Positions 1 through 13,017 are shown, counted from the whole stretch's first letter. The stretch is DNA of 63,806 nucleotides, filler included, from Choristocarpus tenellus KU-1152 (GCA_964200185.2; 13 parts of 13 records of this genome joined end to end with filler, not necessarily neighbours in it), one strand, 5' to 3'. Numbers and translations: made by a program. Notes: generated from the letters alone by a model not told the origin.

Positions 1-476
1 CAAAATCCAATCTTCCGATTTTGATGTAATTTTGGCTATCGTGTTTGTTAGGAAGTGTCAATATCCTTGTTCCGGACACACCCTTAAATAACATATACAT
101 TTTTCCATCTAAGTGAAAGTACCTTAGATGGTACGAGTTTTGCCCTGTTTGTCCATTTGGGGCTTGACTCCCCACGGGTTTTTAATGACATACTACCTCC
201 TCCAAAATGTTTCCGATTAGGTAAAATGTATACGCAATGAAAAGATGTGTCCGGAACAAGGATATTGACATCTCCTAACAATCATAATAGCCAAAATTAC
301 ATCAAAATCGCAACATTGTATTTTGACCCCCAAATGGACGCGTCTCTACCCTCTAAGATACTTTGAATCACTCCAAAACATTTTGGATTATGAAAATGTG
401 ATTAGAAACTCGTGGGAAGCCAAGCCTCAAACGGACAAACAGGTCAAAACTCGTACCCTCTTAGATACTTTCACTT
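1..476. mobile_element. MITE family A (outer copy, left end outside window), interrupted by a nested copy
   Basis: Bases 1-110 and 370-476 together match intact copies such as 35476-35734. Ends in the TIR ...TACCCTCTTAGATACTTTCACTT. Confidence 0.8.
111..369. mobile_element. MITE family A, nested in inverted orientation
   Basis: TIRs AAGTGAAAGTACCTTAGATGGTA ... TACCCTCTAAGATACTTTGAATC; interior matches 5891-6158 and 34516-34779. Confidence 0.85.
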
Positions 477-1933
477 TGGCTCCAAGTATTGATTTGAAAA
501 AATGAGGTTCCCCTACAGCATTTTGGTTTTCATTCAGTATTAAAGCAATTGTTGAAAATGTTTAAATGACTACAGGTTTCCCCTGTTGTTCTAAACTTCT
601 CCAGGTTGATCAAAAATGTTGTGAATTTCAAACCTACAGGATATGTTGCCCTTATAGACTCAAACTGATCCAAGCTGAATTGAACTTTTTGCAAATAACC
701 CAAGGGGTAAATTGTTCCCCTCATTGTCTCATCCAAAAAAAATCTAAACTGAGTAGGTTGGACTGGCTGAAGCAATAGCATGTAGACCCCACAGCCCGAC
801 AAAAAATCAAATGAATCCAAACACATGAACAGCCTAGTTCTGTTAAGCAGTAGCATTCCCTATCATAGACCCAAATTGTTCCAACTGAAACCAATATATG
901 TTGCAAAAATATTTGTTCAATGGGCAACACTCATAATTACTGAAGGACATTCATTTTAATTCACAAACGTGTGATAAATATATGATGTAATGACACTCAC
1001 CACAATCTCAAACATGAAAAAGTTTGCAGGTGTTCTGTAAATGTGTAAGAGGCAACATGCTTCTATCATCATAGCCCCATCAATGGTAAAACTGTAATGA
1101 CAGGATGGCTCCTTAGTCTGGAGTAAAATATCCTTTAGCCTACATCCTGTGTTGCTTGAAGTAATCTTTTGACCCCACATTAAAGGGTATGCTCATTCAA
1201 ATCCAAGTTGAACCGATAGTGGGGCGAATGTTGGAGAGAAAGTGTGTTGCTTCCATAGACTCTTCCTACAATTAGGAGGGACGAATACGATCCAAATGTG
1301 GAAGAGGCGATGTTTTCGACCAATTCTAAAACACTAAGCTAAGTTGGAACTGGAACTATTGCTACTGTCGTCATAGGACCATCCTGCTCAGTCCAGCCCC
1401 AAGAAATTTGAAAAAACCCAAGGAGAATCAACTTTTTCGATCAATGCTGAAGAAGATAAGCAAGTCTCTAACGTTGACACCTCTATACATTAAAGGGAAT
1501 GGGGAGCACTGAAAGACCCGGAAACTTACCAGAATCCGCTGAGGCTGGGAAGATACGAAGATATGACCCATGTTGTCTCATCTGGTTCTGAGGCAGTGAA
1601 ATAATATTGAGACATGAAGTCACTTTTTCAGGCTAGCAGTCTACATTTTTGTATCTCGTTCGTGTTCACCACAGTCGATCTCTCGCCATTCTACCCTGCC
1701 CTAGACGGCCGAGGATCATTTCTTTGCTAAGGATATGTCCTTGGTTTTTTTCACGTATGTGGTAGTAACCACAACATTCGATCTCCTTTCTTCTTGGCAA
1801 CCCGAACTCGCGCATAAAAAGAGTGTTATGTTATCAAGCGAGTGTTAATTTCATTACTAACTACCCATACGAACAATTTTATCACCCTTGGATTTCCTAC
1901 CTACTCGAGCAGTCCTCCCTCAGTCGCACTCAC

Positions 1934-2505
1934 GGGAACATGTGTGTCTGGATATACGGCGAGCTCAAAATTGAATACGTTGTCCACCAGCTTCTCCATC
2001 TCTCCTGTGTCTCTAAGCACACCTCGCTCCACTGGGTGAAATTGGTCTCCCGATGATACCGGCCCATCGTCACCATTGGAGACATCTTGCCGATACTCTC
2101 GGTAGCATTCACCACTCTGAGAAAGGATGCATTTGGGGTGCAACAATGGAAGTAATGAAGTACATCATCCAACGAAACATCCTGAGACAGTCCAACCGCG
2201 TGTATGGGATGGCAGTTAGGACTTATTCCAGAAAATAATTGAGCGAGGAAGGCTTGCACTCTCGCTTGGAGAACACATATCCTGGTGGGGTAGAAAAAAG
2301 TGAGCTGTATGTCCGATTATTGCGGTAGAATTCTAACCTCTGGTCGTCGTGCCCTGTACGCAGAGCGTTCCTCCGCAGAAAGATCTAGGTTCTCGGCAAC
2401 CGCAGGGAACACAGCTCGTGGCATGTCCTCCCCAGAGAAACCAGCTTTCACGCTGGCGCTGCCCACATCCACTACAATAGTCGCTTCGTCTTCTTGCGCT
2501 ACCAT
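1934..2505 (-). CDS. Divergent actin-family (actin-like/ARP) protein, 5' exons only
   Basis: Exon 2505-2338 encodes MVAQEDEATIVVDVGSASVKAGFSGEDMPRAVFP, matching the actin N-terminal phosphate-1 motif; GT donor. Exon 2116-1934 (CAG acceptor, GTGAGT donor) encodes FHPVERGVLRDTGEMEKLVDNVFNFELAVYPDTHVP, similar to actin [34 protein letters not shown]. Downstream exons not found. Confidence 0.82.
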
Positions 2506-2699
2506 GTTACCTCCTCAATTGCTTGATAGTTTTTAGAGTGTCGAGTCGTTTCGTGATTTTGCTCCTCCAGTGGACCCACAAACAAAAAACAGTAAGGTAA
2601 GCCCCTTTCAAAACTTGGCAGGCGTTTGGTGTTCCTCATTCAAATGTTGATGTAACATTGTTGATACTTCGTGTGAAGGTTTTGTGGACTACTCTGTGA
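2506..2699. promoter_or_regulatory. Putative bidirectional promoter between the actin-like gene and the dienelactone hydrolase
   Basis: Only 194 bp separate two divergent ATGs (2505 on -, 2700 on +). Confidence 0.5.
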
Positions 2700-4216
2700 A
2701 TGAGAGGGATGATGCGACACCCAGCAATTGCCTTGATAGTGATATTTTCCGCAAGTTATAGCGCCAGCGGCCTGTCTTTTGCGACAGGAAGCATCGGCAT
2801 TCAAATGACACACAGGTTGTGGCCAGAGCTCGCAGGACTTCAAACCTCCTCTACTGAAGCCAATGGCAGGGTGTGTCCCGGTCTTGATAAATTTCGTGTA
2901 TGTATCATTGTCCGGTCATCGATTCCCTTACCTTGCATCGGCGTTCCTGAGTCCTTTCTAGGGTCGCACTTCTGGTAGCGCCCAGGACCAAGTACCCGAA
3001 AACAAAGTGAAGACGCTTCTGGGCTGCTTGTGATGTCTCCCCCCCCTGCCAGGTAATACGAGATAGATGGGCTGCAGACATGGCAAGTGAAGCCACGGAA
3101 GATGGAAACGATTGGGCTCTTCATCGGGAGGTTGTCAACTACGAGGGTGAGCCCGGAGTTCCCCTTCAGGGCCTTTTCGTTCGACCACAAGGAGAGGACG
3201 TGGTGGCCACCCTTCCTGCCGTGCTTATTGCCCACACGGCCGTGGGTGTCCAAGAAGGTTTGTACGACCCCTTTCTTCCTCCTGCGTTGATCTGTGTAGT
3301 TATTTCTACTTTACCTTTTGCCCCTCTCTTTCCACAAATGCTGACCACACCTTTGGCAAAACTACAAACAGAACTATGAAGTAGTCACCGGAGAGTACCC
3401 ACTACGGCTTGCAATCACAACGCACCATCATCTCTATCCACACTGAGACATAGTAGTGCCGCTGGAACGCACAAAGGATGCACTGTTCCCTTGACCCGTT
3501 CACCCGGTACCAATCTCACCTCCATAAGAATTGACATCTTGCGCGTCATCCTGCACTGGTAAATCTTTGGAATCACACTAGATTTCATCCTCTGGAAACT
3601 GGATCAATTTGCCAGCCTCGGTTACGCGGCCTTCGCCCTTGACATGTTCGGAACGGGTCGGGCCCTGTGGGACCCCGTTGAATCAAAGGCAGCCCGCAAA
3701 GTCCTCACTGATGACCGAAGTCGGATGCAAGCGCGTGCAAGTGCTGCTCTTGCAACTCTGCGAGGAATCCCTGGTGTTGACCCTGATCGGGTGGCTGCCT
3801 TGGGTTACTGCTTCGGTGGAATGGTTGTGTTGGACCTTGCCCGAATGGGGTGCCCCCCTGGCCTACAATCGGTGGTCACATTCCATGGTATCCTGTCCCC
3901 TATAGTGAGTGGAGGTGATAGCAGCGAGAGTATCACCCCTGAGGTGCTCATTCTCACGAGTGAAGGAGACCCCTTTGTTCCCCCAGAGCAAGTTGTCACA
4001 TTTGAGAAGGAGATGAAAAAGAGAGGGGCCAACTGGGAGGTGATAAGGTTCGGTTTACCTGCTCGACATGCTTTTACAAGACCAGAGAAAACATCTGAGG
4101 AGGACCAACAAGCGGGACTGTTCTATGATGCGAAAGCAGACAAGGAGTCATGGAGACACATGCTTGAACTTCTACAGAGAACGATCGGACTTGGACAGAT
4201 GAGGAAATCACCATAG
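2700..4216 (+). CDS. Dienelactone hydrolase family alpha/beta hydrolase with N-terminal signal/targeting peptide (3 exons)
   Basis: Exons 2700-2870, 3053-3257 and 3582-4216 splice in frame through GT-AG introns. Motifs: GYAAFALDMFG, nucleophile GYCFGG, FHG, EGDPFVP (Asp), RHAFT (His). Hydrophobic N-terminus PAIALIVIFSASYSASGLSF. Confidence 0.93.
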
Positions 4217-5890
4217 TTGGGCAGGAGGAAATTGAAGAGGCTGCAGAACCTTTGAATTGTGACCACTACTTACACGTTATCTCACCCAGTACCTCGATTT
4301 TTTTGGTCACCTCTCTTTGAATCACTCACTTGTTTGATCTCGCTCAATATTAAGAGGACCACTACCTTAGGAAGGCATGACTTCTTGATGCCTTCATGTA
4401 TTATCTTAAATGTATTTGTTCAAAATAATTTATTTCGCCAACCTTATATTGGCAAACATCACGAGCCAACAACTCAACAGTATCTAAGTGTATGCTTGTT
4501 TTGAGAGTTGATAGTTACAAAATATACGGTTATTTATGTTATTGGTATTATCTATATTTGCACCACCTATTCACGCGCCTAAAGCTCTATGTATGTGGAA
4601 TGGAATGCACTAGAAACATGTCATTCAATGTGCTACATATTACTGTAGTTGATGACGAATCACTGCATTGTGCCTTTTTTTCATGATGTGTGTCATCTAT
4701 GTCCATGAGGTCCTACATGCTCGACCTTGTTGCAACATACGATCATTTGGCATGGAATGCGCAAAGGTAATGATGTAAACACATATGAAGACTTAAATGA
4801 GGTATAGGAGTTAATTTGTGCATCATTTATGGCTATGTTCAAGGCACAGAGAGTAGTAGTACTTTAGTATATTCATCCTTTTTTGCTTATCTCCAGCACT
4901 TTGGGCAAAGACATCGCTAGATGCCAGGCATGTAAAAGGTGAAACAGACACTCAGTGGTGTGCAGGTTGATGGTTCATGTCCGGCACAAACTCCTACAGG
5001 AACATTTTGCAAACATTTCAAATTACACTTCGGTAAAAGAACTACTTTTTCAGTTAAGGTTCTCACTAGGTGGAGATGGGACGTAGTAACCCCCAAGTTA
5101 TGCAACTACATAGTTTTACCAAGTTTAATTTCGCAGAATATATGTTTGACACAACATGGAGATGGTACACCTCTGGCAGGGTGTATGTACTTCAAAAAAT
5201 GCGTACTATGCTCAACTGTGGGGAGGTAAGTTCAGAGGGCAGAACATGCCACATTCGAAATTAGGTTGGGTGACAACTTCCCACTGTAACAAGGAGGAAT
5301 ATGACATGCACCTCGGCTCAGACCACATATAGAAGTGACGGAGGGTCCAATGATCCTGAATTGTAGCACAGACTGAGCAAGGGGTACGTCATTCATGCCA
5401 TTGAACCTCAACTTCCCGATATCGCAACACACAAAGCCCTTCAGAGATTGAGTGGGTTGTGGCTCCATGTGAGGAAGGGGATGAGCAAGAAAAGAAACAG
5501 GGAGCAAACTGGAGCTTGAGTGCCTGTGTGCCATGGCATCAACAGGACTGAAGAAAGTAGGGGAAGGTACTATGTGTAGAAGAAAGCAAGATGTCCCTCT
5601 ATGCTCCAGTGTAAGTTGAAACTCCTGTGTGACAGAAAGGTTAAGCCAAGAAGCTCTCATTTCATGGGCATCTACGTCAGATCTCCTTTCGAAAATTGCA
5701 GAGAAGTCTCCATCAACGAAACTTTGCCATGGTAATCATCCCAAGCTCAATATGTAGGCAATACCTCAGGAGGCTTAAATCATTGCGAAGATTAGATGTA
5801 ATAACCCGCCCTCCTTAAGAGTGATCAAAGCTCTTAGCCTTAATAACAAGAGCCCAAAACACGAATATAAAATGGACAAGGAGAGGAAGA

Positions 5891-6158
5891 GAGTGAAAGT
5901 ATCTTAGAGGGTATGAGTTTTGCCCTTTTTGTCCATTTGTGGCTTTGCTTCCCATGGGATCTTTTATGACATTTTCTCACTCCCAAATGTTTAGGAGTCA
6001 GTAAAATGTGTATGTTGCTAAGAGGTGTTATTTTTATAATGAAGTGTCAATATCCATGTTTCAGGCACAAGCACGATAGACAAAATTACATCGAAATCAC
6101 AACATTGGATTTTGGCCTCCTAATGGACGCGGCTCTACCCTCTAAGATACTTTGACTC
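5891..6158. mobile_element. MITE family A, complete, 4-bp TSD AAGA
   Basis: GAGTGAAAGTATCTTAGAGGGTA ... TACCCTCTAAGATACTTTGACTC, flanked by aaga/aaga. Confidence 0.9.
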
Positions 6159-7350
6159 AAGATACAATAATAGGTCTAGGATACCAATACGAAATGCCAG
6201 GGTAGAATCCATAAGAAAAATGTATCATTCGGAATAATGCCGTAATTACGTCAATGCAGTCACTGTTGTTGTGCTCTCAAATGGTCCAAACGACAGACAG
6301 TACACCCAAAATAGGTGTCATTTTCTTGTGGAAAAGAGAGAAAGAAGTGAAATTTTAGATATCTTTGGTACACTCTTTGGTTCATCTGAACTAACATCAC
6401 TCTAATGCGGCAGTACTCTACACCACGTCCTATTACGTAGTACTGTGTAGTATATTTTAGTGTACTTAGACTGATACCATCTAAAAGGGGGCATCGTTGA
6501 GCTTCAAGACCCCATAGAACTGTCTTGTGGTTTATGCGCTTCCAGCACTGTGAAGGGCACTTTGGGCACAATGTGTTCACAGATAATCTTCTTCTGCATC
6601 AACCACGTTTTCCTAAGGGGAGTGAATTGTACTTCAGTCACGGGCCTCGTGTAAATTGCAACAAGTTCGAAAAGGCCTTGAACTAAAACAACTAAATCGA
6701 TTCCCCTCTTCGATGGTTTCACACTGAATGTACTTTCTACTATGAATAGTGTGATTGGGGAGTCCTATTGAACCATCACAATATACCACCACACTGCTTA
6801 GACTCGCTCTGCCAAACCAAAACCTCTATGAGCTCCTGAAAGATGCTATGTCTTCCCCCAGTTCCAGCCAACTCAAACATCCACAGGGTTTTCTACCACT
6901 TGTACCACAACAATGTAAAAGAGAATTGTGTATCAGGTCCCGCTGCAGATCAGTGTGAAGAACAGTCACTGGATATCTCTGCTGACCGCCTCTTATATTC
7001 TAAGAACATGTATCCATCAATGGCATGCACATGACATTTAGTAGTTCCCTTGTTAGTCTCTCATTTTTATTACCTTGTGATCATGGGTCTGTATAGTTCG
7101 GATTAGAATGTGAGAAAATAATTATACAAAACTTCGAAGTCAGTATACACTCTGTTGTTGTAGGCTATAAGAATATTTTTCTGCTTCTTGTTTGTCCCTC
7201 CATATTAATAAATTCAGAGAGAAGTAAAGGAGGAAAACCACTGTCTACTAATATAATTCCTACTTCGATATTCATTCATGTCCTCTCACCGACCTCTTCC
7301 AAGTGAAGGGTCAAAGTATCTGGGGGGGGGTATCGGCGTCCGTTTTTCAC

Positions 7351-7450
7351 NNNNNNNNNNNNNNNNNNNNNNNNNNNNNNNNNNNNNNNNNNNNTTAATT
7401 AATTAANNNNNNNNNNNNNNNNNNNNNNNNNNNNNNNNNNNNNNNNNNNN
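7351..7450. other. Artificial 100-nt contig linker (first of 12)
   Basis: N-run/TTAATTAATTAA/N-run gives stops in six frames. Identical linkers start at 11970, 16491, 20742, 27500, 30552, 33412, 37382, 41076, 49212, 53979 and 57324. Confidence 0.98.
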
Positions 7451-7600
7451 CCCCCCTCCACAGATACTTTGGGTCATCAGCAGACAGTGCAGAAAGACAA
7501 TTCAATCACGATCATAAACAACCTACGTTCAGACGCTCAATCCACGCGCTGATGCACCTCGGCATATTTAGTACCCGTTGTAAACTTGGTGTCGGGCTTC

Positions 7601-7856
7601 TGTTAAAGTATCCCCCAACTCATGTATGGATGGAAGAGACAAATATAGGAGTAGTACCAAAATTGTAGAGTGATTATTCCAAAGTAGACGGTGTGATCAT
7701 TCAACCCCAAAACACTATGCTTTATGGAATCAATTCCTATCTATGTGTTTGTATACAAGAACAAATATGGTTTAACCGACTAATAATTCTTGTATTCTGA
7801 CTCTGTATATATACTACTAGTGATAACCGTTACGGTTGAAGGAGGCTATTCGAACA
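7601..7856 (-). mobile_element. 3' LTR of the Copia element
   Basis: On the minus strand a short polypurine tract (AGGGAGGG, ~7864-7857) directly precedes TGTT at 7856. The segment ends AACA at 7601 (TG...CA). It lies just downstream of the RNase H region. Confidence 0.6.
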
Positions 7857-7984
7857 CCCTCCCTAGCCCAAACAACTCTGAGCGGTCACTAGACACAACT
7901 AGCTACTGAACTCACTGAAGAAGAAAATCCAAACGAACGCGAAGAATTCAAAGTCCAACGAAAAACCAAACCCCTACACATAGT

Positions 7985-9313
7985 CTAAATTCAGCAAAGC
8001 CCCTGCATGCCTCCAAAAAAAATCCTCTGCTAGAGGCTTGGTCACCACATCTGCATGCTACTCATCTGAGTTAACATGAATGAACTGTATTTGCTCATTT
8101 ACGACGAAGTCCCTCAGGAAAGAGTGTCGCACATCTATGTGGTTGGTCTTGCCAGAACTCAAAGGGTTGTTTGCCAAATGGATGGTCCCTGTGTTATCCT
8201 CATACACCACATAACAAGATCCAGAAACATCAGGTCGAACAAATTCCAACACACCCTCAAAAACAACAATTCCTTCACACAGTCCCCCATTGCTATGTAC
8301 TCAGCTTCTGCAGTGGACTGTGCAATGATACACTGGGTCTCAGAGGACCAGTCTACTGCTCCACTCCCACACATCACTGCCCCCCCTGATACCGAACGTC
8401 TGTCAAAAGTCTCATGGACGAAGTCTGTATCAGCATGACCCACTAGTTTCAGTTCTGCTCGTTTCCCTTAGGTTAAGCCCAACCACCGTGCTCCCTTTGA
8501 GGTACTTGAGGATCTGGGTCACAGCTCTCCAGTCGACATGACTTGGATGGAGCAAGTGAAGGATGAGCTACAGGTCTCACTGCATTAGCCACCTCTGGCC
8601 TGGTTATGTTACTGAACCACATCAACCCCGCAACTGCCTCACGAAAAGGGCAATCCTCTGATAGGGTATCTCCCTCCCCAATTCCCAACTTTTTGGACGG
8701 GGCGGCAGGGATGGGACTTGTTGATTGGGAGGGAAAATGTTCACACAAACTGTAAATGTAGTTAGTCTGGGAAATGGAGAGGGCACCGCACTTCCAATCT
8801 CTTGTGTAAGTGCAACCAGAAAACTGACACAACAAACCAAGGTTTTTTGTGGAGAACACTTCATTTAGGGAGGCACAGAGATCACTGCAATCATCACCAG
8901 ACGCCAAAACCATCATGTCATCCACATGAACTGCAGGGGTTATCTTGACAACACCATCCCTTCTAATTCTAAATATACATGGGTCAATCAGACACTACTC
9001 AAAACCATTACGCTTAAGGATGGAAACCAGCTTAGCATTCCAAGTCCTAGAAACTTGCTTTAAACCATACAGGGACCTGTGAAGGCGTGCGGTCATATAG
9101 GAGAGATCTCCATATCTCTGTCGGAGGTACATGTATACTTCCTCATCTAGGTCAGATTGAGCAAAGGCCTACTCTATATCTAGGTGCCACATCCCCAGGT
9201 CCAAATCGCAGGTCATACTGGCCATTAGCCTAACCCATGAGGCGGAAGGTGTAGGGTCAGAGGTTTCAAAGTAATCAACGACATACTCCTGAATAAAACC
9301 TTAAGCAACTAGC
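7985..9313 (-). pseudogene. Ty1/Copia pol remnant (reverse transcriptase + RNase H) with stops and frameshifts
   Basis: Motifs LVA*GFIQ..VDYFET, HLDIE*AF, SLYGLKQ, DPCIF, VHVDDMMV, STAEAEYIA, YEDNTG, KTNHIDVRH, ADVVTKPL. Cut at the 5' side by a MITE at 9314. Confidence 0.93.
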
Positions 9314-9430
9314 GAGCCAAAGTATCTTAGAGGGTGCAGCCGCGTCCAAATGGGGTCCAGAATCCAGTGTGGTGATTTTGATGTAATTTTGGCAATCGTG
9401 TTTGTTGGCAAGTGTGAATTCCCTTCCTCC
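9314..9430. mobile_element. MITE family A fragment truncating the Copia RT
   Basis: GAGCCAAAGTATCTTAGAGGGTG followed by family A interior sequence. Confidence 0.75.
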
Positions 9431-10023
9431 AGACAATTTTTTCAGAGTCGTTCCCTTTCGATGTTGTCTTCCTGTGGACAGTTGTGAACGGCAGGTGTGC
9501 CTACTTTTGTAGTATTTTAGAGAGGTACCATAACATGCCTGTCTGACCAAATTGAGTGTTGATCACAAATTGATCGCAATTTCGGCGGTTAGGAAGGGTT
9601 CGACAAACTTCCAGGATGAATGATGACATTGAGAGCACAAGTGCAGAAAGAATTGATGCAAAATGGAAGCATAGTCCTTTGTAGTGCTCTCACCGTATGT
9701 GGTGCATAGAAAAAATTACTCATTATCAGTTGTCATGAGTATTATGTTAATACCAATACTAAAAAAAATCGCATTACCATGACCATTTGAACGCGATTTA
9801 TGCAGTTTGTGTGTTTTTGACAAACTTATGTTTGTCACTGATGTGAGGTGAGGGGGGACAAAAGCAAGAAGGAGAAGATTGCTGTAAAATTGCGCCAGAG
9901 TCCTTTATCGTGCTCTGGTCAGGTGTAGCACCAGAAAGTGTAATAAATTGTCGTGAGCAATATATTAAAATATCTCATTCCCATGGCAATTTCATCGTGA
10001 TATAGCAGTTTGCGTGGGTTGGA

Positions 10024-10310
10024 CCAACTTACGTGACGCATGTTTCTAAGTGAGGCAGAAACGCACGAAGAATAAAACGCAAAGAGGGAGGGGATTGATG
10101 CGAAATCAAACCGGAGTCCTTTGTCCTGGTCTCATTGGATGTAGCGCATGTGAAGAAACAGATGTTTAAGGCCAACTTACGTGATGGATGGTACTGAGGC
10201 ACAAATACAGGAAGAATAAAGTGCGAAGAAGGAGGGGATTGATGCGAAATTGAACTGGAGTCCTTTGCCCTGGTCCTATTGGATGTAGTGCATGGGAAAA
10301 AGCAAATGTT
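10024..10310. repeat. ~148-bp degenerate tandem duplication
   Basis: CCAACTT(T)ACGTGA...GGGGATTGATGCGAAAT...GGAGTCCTTTG...ATTGGATGTAG occurs twice; a more diverged third copy lies at ~9860-9930. Confidence 0.7.
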
Positions 10311-12839
10311 GAATGGAAAATGCAGTGAGTATAATATTTCAGTGCTTATTCATAATTTGGAACCTCTAAAAAATAGTGTTGTATATGTACTGTCACCTTT
10401 GAAACACTTTCCACGATTCACCACTTTAAATCACAGTTTTACACTAGGTAGGAGATAATTCCGCCATAGATACTACAGATACGGAGATTTGCACGACTGG
10501 AAACTGTTGAAACATAGGTTACTCATTCGATTTGCTTTGATACGATACAGTATCGTCAGTCCATACCGAACGTTGATTTGTCTATTGCAATGATCGCTAT
10601 TCCCATTTACATCACTAGGTCATTAGCTCATCTTCACAACTCACTCAGAAGATGTATGACAGTAGTTGTGTTAGATATGAATCCAAGGTTGGCTTCTTTT
10701 TTCTTCCTGTGTTACTTCTTTTCACACAAGTTATCAGTTGCATAGCATGTGTGTTGATTCTTATTTTTTTCTTCACTGGCATTGCCCCCTCAATAAGACA
10801 CCCCATCACTCTGTAACACGTATAGGACACACGCCAGGATGTAATATAAACAGAGTTAAAACCATCCTTCGAAACCCTTCTCTACCAAGGTGACAACCCT
10901 CTTCACAGACGATGAATTTCCTATTTGATTGCCTCAATGAATGACCACACAGTTTCTATCAATCGCAGTCTGCTCTGAGCAAAACATGCCACAGACGTAC
11001 CAGTACACATTTCACTTCAACCAAAGTCTGATTGAGTAAGACATTCCTTCAGACGCACCAGACCGGACCCGCAGGTGTCTTGTTGCACTATGACAACACT
11101 TGCCTCTAAACGTGTTAATCAGAGCACAGCCAACATACCCTCACATCGAACACTGCCTGACTGAATACAACATGTCATCAGACCCACCAGAACAAATTCA
11201 TCAGTGCTTTGTTGCGCTATGATCTCCTTTGTCACAAACCAGACACACCACAACAACACAAAACTCATACGAAATCAGGTTTCAACGGGTTATGAGCCTC
11301 ACACGATTCCCCTTCGCTCAGGTTTCAACAAAAACACACTAAAAAAGGCCTTCCTTGAAATTCATTCAATTCTAACCCAAGTAGAGTTCAACCAATCCAG
11401 ACGCCTCACAAGTTTGAGCAACCACTCGTTCTGAGCAAGAGAGGCTGAACTATTATACCAAACACATCTAAGACCATGTGTCCGAAAAGAGTAATGTTTA
11501 TTACTCAATACCACCAAATCATTCAATGTCCACATTGCCAGTCACCTAACACATGAGGAAAATAGAACAGAAGTTGGGTCTTAAGGTTGCAGTAATCTTT
11601 TGTGAAGACAATTCACGACAAGAATCGCACAGTGTATCAAAACCCAACAATACCATTATACACACATCCCAAAGACATCTAATTAGTCGAGAACACCAAT
11701 AAAAGTATCCCTGAAGCGAATTTGTTGCTGGCAGATTTATGAATAACGTGATCTACACACATTCACTAACCAATCCATCAAATATTCCGCAACGGGTGAT
11801 GCTCAACTCTAGATCTTACCTTTAACGTTCCTCCCCATCATCTCCTCGAACTTCTGAAACGGTGTCCGTCTTCCATCTTAGCTTGGGGAACCTTTCTGTG
11901 AGCATGTGCCACAAGTAATGAGGCGACCAATATTGGTCGCTCTGACCCAAAGTATCTGGGGGGGGGGGGNNNNNNNNNNNNNNNNNNNNNNNNNNNNNNN
12001 NNNNNNNNNNNNNTTAATTAATTAANNNNNNNNNNNNNNNNNNNNNNNNNNNNNNNNNNNNNNNNNNNNGGGGGGGGTGCCGGCGTCCGTTTTTGACCCG
12101 GTTAGGACAACCCTGAGTGCAAGAGGGGTGAAAAGAGAGCCCTAACCCTTAACATGTCGGAAGAGATGAATACTACTCCTAATTATGTGCTGTATTACCC
12201 GTCAAGTTTTGCATGCTATTTTGGGGATACGCTTTTTTCTGTGTAGGAGTCATCATGCCGAAATAGACCTCATTGTGTCACAGGGTGGGTGTTGATGTTT
12301 TTCTGGATAGATGTAGAAATGTGGTTGTTGGCTAAGGTAAGCAGGGACAAGGAGGTATTAGGAGAAGTGTCCGCAGGTAGGAGGGCTCTTTACCTGATTG
12401 AACGTCCCACTTCTGAAGTGCAAGGTCAAAAATGTTTTCTTAATGAGAAATTGACCTAGGTGATCCTCGCCGATCCTGAATGGTAGGCAGCCTATCATCG
12501 ATCATTCTCTACTGGGAGAGCTGACTGTTTTCCATGGTGGTAGAGGACTAACAGCAGGCTAGTAGACCCTTCACTTGGGTTTATTTTTAACTTTTTGGAT
12601 GGAGGGTGGAAGTGAAAGATTGTTGAAAGTGATGGTGACCTGGAATGCAGCAGCACCGTAAATGATTCATATTTTTGGGGAGGTAAGGTGATTTTGATCA
12701 AGTACTTGGAAGTGAGAATATGGTTGAACTGAGAATTAGTTTGTTTCTTTTTGGATGGGATTGTTGGGTGTGGTAGATGTCAAATATTTTTTGATATCTG
12801 AGTAAAACTGTCATTTGCATGTAGTAAGTGAGGGGATGG

Positions 12840-13017
12840 GGCTCAAAGTATCTGGGGGGGGGGAGGGGGGTCTACACCAGGGTGTCCATTTGGGCCCCGA
12901 CCAGGAGAAGTGCACTTACATTATCCATCCGACGCATGCCACCAAATCACACCATAATCGCGACATGGAAAAATGGGCGCAGAATGGACAGCCACCCCCC
13001 CCCAGATACTTTGAGCC
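12840..13017. mobile_element. MITE family B1, complete
   Basis: TIR GGCTCAAAGTATCTGGGGGGG ... CCCCCCCAGATACTTTGAGCC; same interior as 36975-37136 and 40886-41075. Confidence 0.88.

Noticed and set aside
5232-7034. Several medium ORFs downstream of the hydrolase
   Set aside because: No domain motif and no coherent exon structure identified.
7351-7450. Palindromic TTAATTAATTAA motif recurring 12 times
   Set aside because: Always centred in exactly 100-nt N blocks; an artificial six-frame-stop linker, not biology.
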